Source of the DNA: Vicugna vicugna
Taxonomy: Eukaryota
Direction of reading: 5' to 3'
Assembly: GCA_013265495.1 (NCBI GenBank)
Contig: MU058387.1
Coordinates: 620,001 to 684,000 of the forward strand
Length of the DNA: 64,000 nt
The notes beneath the pieces were generated by a model. That model was not told where the DNA came from. It was given only the letters and a program-made list of their open reading frames with translations, and made no database searches. Positions 12,700 through 24,800 of the stretch are shown piece after piece. Every line of letters starts with the position of its first letter. Position 1 is the first letter of the stretch. Position numbers and translations under genes: made by a program.

Positions 12700-12950
12700 C
12701 GAATACTGGGCCCTTCTCCATAAGCAGACAGCAGCTCTCCGCCGGCGCAGAGGGGCGGCCGCACCCTGTCGCCGCACGATCGCCTTGTCGCCACATCGGC
12801 GACCTGCCCTATCTAATCACGTGACCTGAATGACCTCCGGCAGCCTTTAATTTCTCGTCTGGCTCCACACCACACCACAGTGGTGCCTGAACTAAGCACA
12901 CTCTGGGAGGGGCGGGGACCAGGGGTGGATTCACTTCTGGGGGGCGGTTG
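12700..12950. promoter_or_regulatory. CpG-rich candidate promoter/enhancer (E-box, DR3, GC boxes)
   Basis: Dense CpGs in a CpG-depleted window; TCACGTGAC at 12817-12825; TGACCTgaaTGACCT at 12822-12836; GGGGCGGGG at 12909-12917. Confidence 0.55.
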
Positions 12951-13170
12951 AGGCCAGACTGATCGGTTCGAATCCAGGATTAGCCTCTTACTCATCGTGT
13001 GATCTTCGGCAAACTTTGCCTTAACTTGCACAGTCTCACCTGCAAAACTCAGTTTTGTCATCTGTAATATGAAGGACCAATAGCAGCCACTTCAGAGAAT
13101 TCTGCCGGGTATGCTGTTTTATGGAGGGACTGGAATACAGGAGGCTCTCAATAAATATTAGCAAATAATA
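12945..13170 (+). mobile_element. MIR SINE with intact B-box
   Basis: GGTTCGAATCC at 12965-12975, then ctcagttttgtcatctgtaatatg...ctcaataaatattagc. Confidence 0.8.
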
Positions 13171-13685
13171 AATAAAAATAAGCACCCAGTATATCTTAGC
13201 TCCTGCTGCTGTTGGGCCTTTCATAATCTTCGTGATGAAAGGGGCGTGTCTATGCACATTTCTAAAAGCACATTATAATAAAAGGGAGGTGTCCATAACT
13301 CAGACTATTCCAAGTTCCAGAACTGACTGGATATGGAAAGTTATTCATGGGCTATTAGTGGGAGAAGGCAGCAAAAAACCAGCTTCAGCAAGATAAAGAG
13401 AATATTAAGAGATAATAATTTCCAGTTGTAGTGGTGAAAGAAGAAAGAAAAAGGAAAGCAAATAAAATATCTAGTGGAGATCAAGAGGTATGCAAAGAGA
13501 AAGAAAAAACAGAGCTGCTGCTGAGGGAAAGACAGGGTGCACAGTACAGGCACAAATCTGGGGGAAGTTAACAGAGAAAGACAAGGAAGGGAGTAAGAGA
13601 GAGAACAAAAGTATGAGTAAGTAATTAAAAGGAAAGAAGACCAAAAAAAGAGACTCATGGGTGAGATCGGACATGTTCAGTGTGG

Positions 13686-13764
13686 TATGTATGTATATGT
13701 ATAACTGAATACCTGAAACTCACATTGTAAATCAATTACATTTCAATTAATAATAATAATAATC

Positions 13765-13796
<32 letters not shown>
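13686..13796 (+). mobile_element. Very short L1 3' end with an (AAT)n tail
   Basis: tatgtataactgaatacctgaaactcacattgtaaatcaattacatttcaat, then an (AAT)n run with one CAT interruption. Confidence 0.85.
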
Positions 13797-15869
13797 GGTC
13801 AGCAGTGGGGAAAAAATGAATCATCAAAAGGGGAGAAGAGACTTTTTTTGTAAAATCTTGAAAGACAAGTAGGATAAATATGAGCATAAAAAAGATCACA
13901 AAAGTGGATACTTAAAACACAGAAGCCAGAGTTATAGCCTTTGGAGCCCAAAGTAAATAAACTTTTTTGATGGCGAGTCTAGGAAATGGGAAATCATTGT
14001 ACCAAAAGTAATTCTATTTGGAGCCATCACTTCAGCTAGACAAGGCATGTAGACATCTGAGAAGTAAATGAACTGAGTCAGATGATTATGGATGTGAATT
14101 GTGAGAAAAGGGAGATTTGACTTTGTAGCAGCTGCCCACTCTTCCCCTGCCAATGGCACTGAGAAATACAAATGGATAGATCACTTAAGGATATGCCTTC
14201 TTTCCTTGAAGGGGAAAAATGGTTGCCTTTGGAGGAAATATAGATTCATTCAGAAAAAAATAAAATTGATAGGACTAGAAATAACTAAAGCCCAGCAAAA
14301 GATGCAAATATATAGAATCAGTCTGAAATGGATTCAGGATTTAAAATGTTTCCATGGACACATGCACATAAAGACTGGAAAATATTCATAAAGGGTGAGG
14401 CAGAGGATGGCTGGATTTTTGTGTAAAAGTAAATAGAAAAGTTTGCCTTTATAGATCACTATTGTAATAGTGTCCCTAAAAGATGGATAAACTGGAAAAG
14501 GTCTTAGAGGATGAAGGCATTCCTACAGAACAGGAAGATGATTCAAGTACGAGAGGAAATATCAAGACGAAAATGTAGCTCCTTTGTCAGGACGTTAGAG
14601 TCCAGAGGAGTGTTGAGAGCGCTAGAGGAGGCGCTTCGAGAAAAAGGAGTGGAGCTGGAAGAATGAACAGCAGCCAAGACACTTCTAGTTTTAAATTCAT
14701 TTAATGATGGCAATGGGGAGAAAACAAAGATGAAAGGTTGAAGCACAAGTCAGAAGCAAAATGGGGGCTGTTTATGTTGTTACGTTCAAACTGCAAGAAA
14801 GAAAAAAAAAAGTCAAGTCAAACATACAGACACTTTACAAACATCGTATGTGTTGATGAAGAGAGGAGAGTATGGTGGGTTTAAAAATCAAAATGGATGG
14901 CAAAAAAGGGATATAAAAAGAGAAACTGGATAATTAAGTTGTTTCAATTTGAAGGAAAGATGCTTAAAGAAAGGTACACAGGTTCTTACCAGGAAAGTCA
15001 AAGATAGAGAACACATGGGTTCAGTGGGAGACTGCACTCCACAACCTGGAGACTGGGCAGTCAGCGAGTTGATGAAGAGAGGTGTCCCTTAACTCAGTGG
15101 TCTGGCCTTAAGGTGGGTATTGTAGTCCAGCTAAAAAATCATTTGAGTAAAAATGAAATAGCTAACACGATAAAGGAAAGAGTCCTCTAATAGTATTTTT
15201 ACAGGATGCTTGAGAAAGGTAAAAAACACTGGAAGTGGCAAACCTCACTGTGCTGATTCAAATGGTTTTGCTGGGAAAGATGACACTGTGACAAAAAGCG
15301 TGAGGGAGCACATGCAATCCTGGGTCCTAAAGTATTGGCTGAGGTGTTTTCTGGTATTATGACAAAGAAGAACATGGCTAAGGGTATTTTATATCATTTA
15401 GATCAAGAAAACGTTACAGGAAGGTTGTTATGAGAGTTAACCTGGGAATGAACAGAAACATGTTATAGACCAAGTGAATAACCACCATCATGCAAGAGTG
15501 GAAATTAAATTACACTGATAAGGGGCTGAGGTGCAACTAATTGTTATGCACTTCTGTGAAATCTTCACAATTCTTCCAAAGGAAAAAGGAAAAAAAAAGT
15601 CCCATTTGAAAGAAAATAAATGCAAAGATGAAAAAAGACAATAATAAACCGGATGGATCCAGTTGTAGCTCATGCCGCTAAGATCATTCTGGAAATAATG
15701 GAAGCAAAAGACATGAGAACATTTAAAATAGGTGACAAGTACACAGTAAGCAATGGGGAGAAGTACAACACAATAAAAGGAAAGGAAAGAAAGTTGTATT
15801 GAAGCTGCACCATGTGACAGATGATCTTTATGCCTCCTCTTGTCAAATTTAACAACCAAATCATTTTTT

Positions 15870-16015
15870 TAAATTATCATTTCCATTTTAAAGTAGAAAA
15901 TCAAGTATTAGGTAGGTTAAATAACATGTCCAAGGTCACACAGCCAACAAATGTAGAGCTGAAATTAAATTCACTGACTCTCTTACTCCTAAGCTTTTAT
16001 CTACACACCATTGCC
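15870..16015 (-). mobile_element. MIR SINE
   Basis: aggttaaataacatgtccaaggtcacacagccaacaaatgtagagctg. Confidence 0.85.
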
Positions 16016-16499
16016 TTTCAAAACAAAGATATAAAAGTAAGAAATAAAGGGAAATACAATTCTATTGAGGCTGTATAATTGAAGGATGGGTGTATGGTCT
16101 GTAGAGTACGAGGCTGCAACAGATTTTAAAAAAGGAAAGGAAAGAAATGTTGGCATGATTTCGACTCAATTGTCAGTTAAAAGAGAATCCTCTACAATAT
16201 TATGCAAAAGTGTGTCTGACCACCTGAGTGCTTGGGAGCTGAAATGTGTGTTAAACACCCAGGCTAATAGCACAGAGCTGCAATTTTGAACTTGAGTTCT
16301 TCTTAGGAAAATAATTTTTTTTCTGAATAATTCATAATGAAAGTCGATGAAGAGTTTCTTGACTTCTCTTTTGCTGCTATTCAAATACACCATTGCCACT
16401 ATGCATAATTAAAGGAATTGTCCTCCTTAAAGCACACCATTGGGAGCTGCAGTGTGACTCACTGTCCTCACTCAGAGATCACTCCGTGAACGGAACACC

Positions 16500-16645
16500 T
16501 GGAATGCTTCCTTTCCTCCCCTCCTGTCAGGGCACTGACCCCATTCAAGACCCGATTACCTCCCAGAGGCTCCACCTCCTAACAGTTACACTCGGGGTAA
16601 GGGTTCCAGCAGATGAATTTGAGAGATGCAAGCGTTCTGTCCATT
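16500..16645 (-). mobile_element. MaLR (MLT1/MST-type) LTR fragment
   Basis: gacccgattacctcccagaggctccacctcctaacagttacactcggggtaagggttccagcagatgaattt. Confidence 0.75.
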
Positions 16646-17029
16646 TGAACTGCTGAGTCTGTGTGGCAAATTGTAACTGAAAAAAAAAGCAATGAACTCC
16701 TGGTCTTCACCTTTCAGTTTGACCTGATTGCCCTTTCAAGTGCCCTGGAAAGAGGATGTGGGTGCCTTTTTCTTTTCCTGACTCCACGTGCTCTCAGTAT
16801 CTGACATCCCCAGAAGAGCAACGGTTCAACCCTGCTTCCTCTGCTTTTCCCCTCCTTCTCGCCTCCTGCATTCTTGCAGTTCCTGAGAGAATGGTGCCCA
16901 AAGCAAGAAGTACTTTTGCCATCTTGGACCTAGTGTTGAGGTGTTTAAGTTTAATTTATATTTCCACATCTGTTAACCAGTGGCCGTCTCCATGGTAACC
17001 AAATCAAATAGTCCCACATGGTGGGGGTG

Positions 17030-18520
17030 GAGTGGGGCAGAATTTCTTTATTCAAAAGATACAGTGATCCAAAAGCATGGTGTGCGGACGGAAAAAAGAG
17101 ACTATCTCCCGTCTCCCATAAGAGCCAACATTTGATTGGTGGAAGCAAAAACTAATAAAATAAATTAATAAATAAATATAGTAAAAGGTCAAATAGTGAT
17201 AAGAGCTATGCGGGAAAATTGTAAAGGGCAAGATTATGGAATGACACATCGGGGTGTGTGTGAGGGGTGGGGCTGGATTAGCTAGAAAAGGCAGCCCTGG
17301 AAACTGACAGTTGAGCTGAAACAGAGCAGGGGAGTGAAGCATCCAAAATTCTTGGGAAGAGTGTTCCAGAGAGAAAGAAGAGAGACCAGGGGTCAGAAGG
17401 GGGAGAAGCTTCCCTGAGCACTGGCTTAGGTTGGCTAGGTAGGTGGCAGGAGCCCGCCTCCTTGCCTACTGAGGAATCTGGGGGGAGGGGCTGCAGGCAT
17501 CCGGGGCACCCGGGTGTCTCCTCACCCCAGGACTCCCCGGCCGCTCCCGTAGAGTCTCGTGATCTGGAGAGATCAAGCTTCCTCTGGGAAGAGTGGTCCA
17601 GGCAGCAGTGTCTGGGACTGTGCCACCAGCCTTCAGCAGACCCTGATGCTCACCGCATCCCAGCCCACCCTCTCCCTGCCCCTCCATCTGGACCTGCACT
17701 CACTTCCCCACACCCACCCAAAAGCCACAGACTCGGGCTGGGGCCTCCGGCGGAACCCTGTTTGCCCTCCCGGGAAACCCGACACCGTACCCGCCTAGCC
17801 CAAGGCAGGCGCGGGCTTGGCTTGCTCTGGAGAGCATGAAGGTCAGTGTGTATCGAGCAACGTGAGCGAGAAGAATGGAAGGAGCAGGGGCCACAGGAAA
17901 TAGAGATCTGCTCCTGTCCCACATTGGAGCCCAGGTGCTTCGATTTCATTCTGAGTGTGGTGGAGATCAGAGGCAAGCCTGGAGTAAGCGTGTGAACTGA
18001 TCCAATCTGCATTGTGAAATATCACTACAGCTAGCATTTGGAGGATTGCCTAGAGGCAGGAAAATCTGTCAGTAGCTTATTTCAGTCGAGGTGAGAGAAA
18101 CTCTGTGCTTAGCCCAGGTGGTAGGAGGGTAGATGTTAAGGGCTGGGCAGATCCTGTGCGTACATGTTTGTATCATGAAGACAGCGCTCATCCAAGTTAT
18201 TAATAGATTAGATAAGAAATAGGCCAAATGAAAAAGGAGTTGAGGATTCCTCCAAGGTTTGGGGTCTCAGTATTAAATGCTGGGGCTATGGCTGAGATGG
18301 GGAAGACGGGCTGTGGGTGGACTCAGGAGTTCTGCTTTGGAAAGCTGAGTTTGAGGTGCCCGTTAGACTTTCAAGAAGAGGAGACCGTGGGCTGTAAGTG
18401 TCCCGGAACCCAGGAAAGATCAGGATGGAGATGCCAGTGAGGGAGTCCTGGGCGTGTGGAAGGAATGTAAGTTCATGACTCTGGATGAGATCACCTAGAG
18501 AGGTGTATGCACATAAAAAA
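17030..18520 (-). mobile_element. L2 (L2a-like), interrupted at ~17400-17810 by a GC-rich insert
   Basis: tttcttattcaaaagatac at the start; later ggagttctgctttggaaagctgagtttgaggtgcc and ctggatgagatcacctagag. Confidence 0.8.
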
Positions 18521-21204
18521 GAGTGGAAAACTTGCTCAAGCCTGTTGTTCTCTGAAAAAAGGTGGGGTTCTTCACCTGAACGTTATGAGCATAGCTGATC
18601 TGACAGTGGGATCATGACTTGTAGAATGTCATATATATGTTACTGTAAAGAAATTGCAATGTTAATATTACCTGGGATTGTCACATCACCATCTTGAAAA
18701 GGCAATTCTTTACTTTTTTTTTTTGACATAAATTTAAAGGTGAACATATTAATGCCCCACAGTATATGATTCATTTTCAGCAGTGAGTGTTTCAGTTAAT
18801 CCTGAAACAGTGGCAGATACACTTACAAAAACTGGTGGCACAATTGGGGAGAAAAACGGCTCTTTTGAGTAAGTGCTTGATAAAGGCAATTAAAGCAGAA
18901 AGATGTGTTTACGAGCTTTCACCCTTCAAAATGGCTATAGATCAAATTCATTAGAAATGTAATTTGGAAGAGAAGCTGGCAGCACAGTAATAAAAATAAA
19001 AATGAAACTCATTTGTCTTGGAAGTCCATGGTGCTCTTAGCCCTAACCAACCTAAAGATTGTGTTAGCCGAAACAGGTGGGAATCGAAAAGTGCCTTTTA
19101 GTTCCAAAGCACTTTGAACAAGAATGTGACTGTTGTGTATATGGTCACATGATAGGTTATTCTAATAGTTCAGGACAGAAAATGGACACCTAATTTTTGC
19201 ACATCTGAAACTGAATAGGGATAATGTTCAAGAGTTTTTTTTTTAAATCAATATAACAGAATTTGACAAGAAAAGCAAATACACCATTAAAACTTTCATG
19301 CATCCAAGCAGTTAAAAGAGGCAGTATTTGTCACACATATTTAGCTCAACTTCTTCCCCGTTTTGCAAGATCACTTGCCCTTTTTCTAAGTAATTGTTTT
19401 TAAAAGAAAATAAGGGACTACCCTTTAGGTTTAACAGGACGTTAGAGATAGCAAATGTGAGAAGTCAAATAAGACTCTTTCTTAATCTTTCTCTTAAAAA
19501 CTTTTTTTAATAATTAATTCTATCTTCAAGAAAAAGATGTAATCCGATTCAGTTAAAAAAAACAGAGTCTAAACAGATCATCGCATATACCAGAAAACAC
19601 CATTCTCAACAGCATTTGAACTCGTTCCGTATCCAATGATGAAATGAACTGAGTGGGTCTATCAAAATTTAGACAAGGTCCTTTACAGTGAGGAACTGGC
19701 AGCTTGCAGACAAGCGTCAGTTTCGCCGTATTCAAACAAAGAACGTTCTGAAGTGGTTGTAGGTAGAGAGGAATTTGTGTAGGGAGAGGGACTGAAAGGT
19801 GATGAAATACAGGTAGTGGGACGGCCCCAAATGGGATTACTTGACAGACTGTCTGCAGGGACAGGAGAATTCCAAATCCTGACGGCAGCCCTGTTCCCGG
19901 TGCCTTCCTCAAGCTTTGCTGTGGTTTATGTCTTTCCCGGGATGAGATAATGTTCTGAAATGTCAATTTCCTCACTTCCTCTCTTGCCTCCTCCCAACAT
20001 TCCTGAAAGATTACACTTCACTCTCAGACCTATGAGTAGATCCTTATCTTTATTTAACACAGAAAAAAACATTATTAATAGCACGCAGAGCAAATAATGA
20101 TTTCAAGGAGTCCTTATTATCACACAAGCCTACCTACCAGGTGATCTCAGAATGAGAAAGGAGAGGGAGTTGTTTTAGCAGAATTTTAATAGGCGCTTGC
20201 CTGTTAAACTCGGTAACACTGCTGTATTTAAAATCATTAAATGAGAGTTAAATGTCTACACTAACCAGGTCATCTTGGTATTAGCCAGAATTATCCAGTA
20301 AAGTAATTATTTGTGGAAACCAAGTAACTTTGCATGTTAATTATAGTTAGAAAGTTCCATCCACTTACTTTTAGTCTTTAGTGATCGGCAAAATCACAAT
20401 GAAAAGTTTTGTCTCTTCACAACTTATTATTAGTCTAAACTAATACATTAAATTATGAAATATATCTCTAATAGATTGTTTCCGAAAAAGTACTTATGAG
20501 GCACACGGAACAAGAACACAGAAGGCTCATTCTCCGTGCTTTCCCAGCTCAGGAAAGGGCTTATGGTCATATAACAAACAAATAGTGGTTTTCTACACAA
20601 ACATGTTTGCTATGCTGCCACTAGATTTAGTGGAAGGATATTTTTAAAGGAACAAATACCCAAGTCACCAGTCAGCTTTGTATTCTCACCTATAAAAATA
20701 TAAAATGAAATCAGAAGGCATTTACGGGGTCGAATGGTTTTCCATCTCTCAGCTAAGGAGAGGAATAACTGATTTGCTTTGTGGCTGTATTTCACCAATG
20801 TCTACATACAGTGTGACAGTTACCCACTGCACAAACCATATCCTGTTAGAAATGTAGTGAATTTAAAGCCTTTTATGAGACTGTGTGAGCTGGTGTGGTA
20901 GCTAGAAAAACGGCACGTTGAAAGGAGTTTACTTAAACTTCTCAGTCTGGCTAAAGGTGCAAACTGCATCTTCGCCTGGAGGAAGCACATCTATTTAAAC
21001 GAAGACGGGCTAGTAACGTGTTCAAGTGACAATAGGATGGAGCCTCCCGTTGGCTAATTTGTATGTCACTTTTACATGAAGTGTCAGTGAGGACAAGAAT
21101 ATTGATTGCTATAAATTTAGCTCTTCATACTACTATAAATGTGTCCAAACACGTTTGAGATTAAATGGCAGTTACAAATTTCTTAATTAGATGGTCGATC
21201 TCTC

Positions 21205-21530
21205 CCTGTCTCTCTCTCTCCTCTTTCTCTCCTATAAATATATAGAGATACAAATAGATCATAGATAGGTCAGAGATGTATAGGTATAGATGGGTCTACA
21301 ATAGGTAGGTCATAGATCTATAAATATAGATGGTTAGCTCTGTGATCACTCACAGATGGATACAAGTACGTCTAAGTGGGTCATAGGCAGATCATAGACA
21401 TGCAGCTATGCAGCTATGACCGATCTAAGGTGTGTCTATAATAGACTGCAAATAGGTATGGATAAATCCACAGTACATCTATAGACAGAGACATCTATGA
21501 TCTACACATTGATATCTACGTATGTAGAGG
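21205..21530. repeat. (CT)n plus degenerate (ATAG/TAGA)-rich low-complexity tract
   Basis: Repeated atag/atct units over about 300 bp. Confidence 0.7.
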
Positions 21531-21548
21531 AAAGCATGAGAGAAAGGT

Positions 21549-21858
21549 CAGGTTTAGCAAAGATTTTTTGTGAAGGGCTTGAGTGTTCATAGTTCATCAG
21601 CCACATGATTTCTGTGGTACCTACTCAACTTTTCTACGTGATAACACAAGAGTGATAAACAATATATAGATAAATGAGCAGAACTGTGTTCCAACAAAAT
21701 GCTATTTATGAACACTGAAAACTGAATTTCATGTAATTTTTATGAATCATGAAATATTTTAAAAAAATCCTTTAAAATGTAAAAGCTACTCTGCTTGAGA
21801 TCCATATGGAGAGACCTCGGGGCAGATTTGGCCCATAAGGCTGTAGTTTCTCACCCTT
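21549..21858 (+). mobile_element. MER58 (B-like) hAT-Charlie element
   Basis: Starts caggtttagcaaa, ends gggcagatttggcccataaggctgtagtttctcaccctt; internal ctgtgttccaacaaaatgctatttatg. Confidence 0.85.
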
Positions 21859-24800
21859 CAAAATTAATATACATGTATAATATCTATTTTATATTATATA
21901 TGTTTATATTATAAATAAAATATACATGTAATAGCCAATTGCTACTTTTCATCTCAAAGAATCCCACAGCTCCTTGTAGGGCTATCGTCTTACTCTGATA
22001 CGCAACAATCTCTAGGGAGAATATGAACTCTAGACAAAATGAAAGATGGTTTCAAAGCAGAAGACTTTTTAAAAGAAAATGTAATCTGATTGCACCAATT
22101 GGAACACAGCCAAGATAGGAAAACTCACACCTCTACTTTAAAAGAAAGTGCAAAGCAAGAATATGTCTTAGCTAAATGTTTCATTATAGGATAAGTTAAG
22201 ATGTATAATTAGTCAAAATAAGATCCCAGTATGTTCGCAGTATTGCAAACACAGTACAATATTAATTTTCACATTATATTTCATATGCAAACAAATTGGG
22301 TTTGTCTGACAAAAATGTGTTGCTTTCCTCCCAAAAGCTGTATTTGATAATAAATAAGTACTCTACTAAAAAATTGAAGCTTTCCCCATGTGACAAATTT
22401 CAAAAATATGAGTAGAAGAAAAATGTAACGTTCTCTTTGAAATACATGATTTTACAGATGGAGTTTCAAAAATCAAAAAATCTAAACGTCCAAGTCTATC
22501 ATTTTATGCAAAACAATGAATGGGTAAATAAACAAATGTTTGTTTTGAAGATCTCATTTGGCATCTAGGTCATCGACATAATGTAGACAATGGAAGCATT
22601 TTTCTCTTCAATTCACTCAAAATTCCTAATCAGTGGGCTGGATTTGTTAAGTGACTATTTCAGGAGAGTGCTATAAATTTTTCTTCCTATCCAACCTTGT
22701 TGTTCAAAATGTCACCAGTTTTGTCTTTTTTGGTGCTGGTAGGAGAGCAGGTATGGAGTAAAACGTCCTTGTTCAAGTCTCTTTCTCTCATTTCTCTCTT
22801 TGCCATTGGGAGTTAGAAATGGGCCAGTTAATTGTATAACCGTCTCTGCCACATGGTTGTCCTGGTAAAATCATAGACGTACATCAGACATTGCTGTGCT
22901 TTCCCGGGCAAGGGCAACAGAGGAGTTTCAGAACAACAAGAAGAAACAAAACAAAAGAAAACAAAACACCAGAGCTACTTCTTCCTTCCCTTTACTTTCC
23001 TGGTATCAAAACAAACAAGCAAAAACAACATCTCATTGAACCATGAAGTTACAATGTTGTCACGAATCTATAAAAGAATGAGATGTGAAAATCGACTCAG
23101 AAACTAATGCAAAGCAATACAGAGAGCCTGGGCTTTAAAGATAGACAGACTGTGCCTGGAGCAACCACTCTGGTTCATGTTAAAAAGCATGGTCTGTTTG
23201 AATTCAGAGGCTGGGCATTAATCTATCTTTAAAAAAGAAGAAAACAGAGATCACAGATGACAAGCCTAGCTTTCACCTGAGTATCTTTGAATCCTTGGGT
23301 TTATCATAATAATCTCTTGGATCAATAAACTCTTATCTCTTTCTAAAAAAATGATCTGGTATGGCTTATGAAAATACATAGGTAACAACATAGATATGAG
23401 TCAGATAAAAAAACAAGTCCAAGGTAAACTGAACTTGTGTGACTCCTGAAGGTAGTAAGTGCCTAACATCAATTTTGGCCATTACTGGTTAGATTAAAAT
23501 TGGCCCGTAAAATCAGCAACTTCACAGGGAAATTCCTGCATGTACGCATGAGCCAGGACCCCTCTCGCCATACTGGTTTTCGTAAGATTCCTTGGCTGAT
23601 GCATTGTTTCGTTTGCTCTGTGACATTCATAACAGTCTTAAATACCGTGTTCTGACTGACTGCAATTTGACACGTAAAGTGGCCTTAGAAAAGCCTCTGG
23701 CCAGAAAATTCCATCGCAGCATCCCAGAAATGTAAGGAGTCTGTTCTGATAAAAGTGCTGCTTATAACTCACCTATAAATCTCCTTAACACAATCTGAGT
23801 CCAAATCCATACTCCCTACTTCACCATGCACAGTCACTGGCAGTCTTGAGCCATCCATGAAGTGCTTTAGAGGTGGTGATCTTGGCCTTGCTATTGACAT
23901 TGCTGGAAGGCCTCTTGGGAAGATGCAGAGTGCCTTCTGCCCGGAGCTGGGTGGGGGGGCTCATTTATTATTATAGTCAAAATTCGTATTTAAGGGACTC
24001 ACGTCATTTCTGACCTCAATGAATGTCATCAGCAGATGAAACCAAAGCTGTCAAAGACAGGTCCACGTGCCCCGAGTCTTCCCATGTCAGTGCCTGCAAG
24101 GCTGATTTCCAGCTTCCAGTGTCTGTGTCTCTTCTCTGGCCATAAAAGGTCTCTTTGCCTGTGGAAGCACCGGGAAAGAAAAGTTCCCAGGAGAAACCTT
24201 GACCAAGAACTGGGAGGAGTTGATGTAAAATGCGCCAGCTGCCTCTTCTCCTGGGTGGGATGACTCTGAGCCTCGCATGACACATGGGCTCCTAGGGGAC
24301 CCCGTCAGGACTAAGTTGCAATCTATCTTGTTGGGAACTTGCTTTGCAACATGCATTTTCTTGGCTTTCCCTGGCCTCACTTCACAAGTCCGTATTTCCA
24401 GGGACCACATCCCCAATAAACAATTTGCACTTAAGTCCTTGCCTCTGGATCTGCTTTGCAACTTGGTGAAACCAGACAAAGACAGTAGATTTCCCAAAAT
24501 ATTTTCTGAGAACTAAGAGTAGACGGTGTTCTCCTTTCCTCTACCAATAATAACTATCCTTTTAAAGCTTGACATTTATTTTTTTCTTTCTCTTAGATTT
24601 GAAATGGAAGAAATGCTTGAATATCTAACTGTTTTCCTCAAGTCAGATGTGCACAATTCTGGGATAACGATGAGGGGAAAGAAATTGGAGAGGCCAGAAT
24701 GAATGCCGACAAAACACTTAGCAAGTACCCAAATGCAATCAACCTTCTTGCCATTAGCCAATGTTCTGCTATTCTTCATAGGCAAGAGGTCTTTGCTAAT

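Noticed and set aside
15220..15330. Retroviral protease signature (NTGS ... ILG)
   Set aside because: The catalytic Asp is absent, the motifs are in different frames, and they are only about 30 codons apart, too close for a retropepsin.
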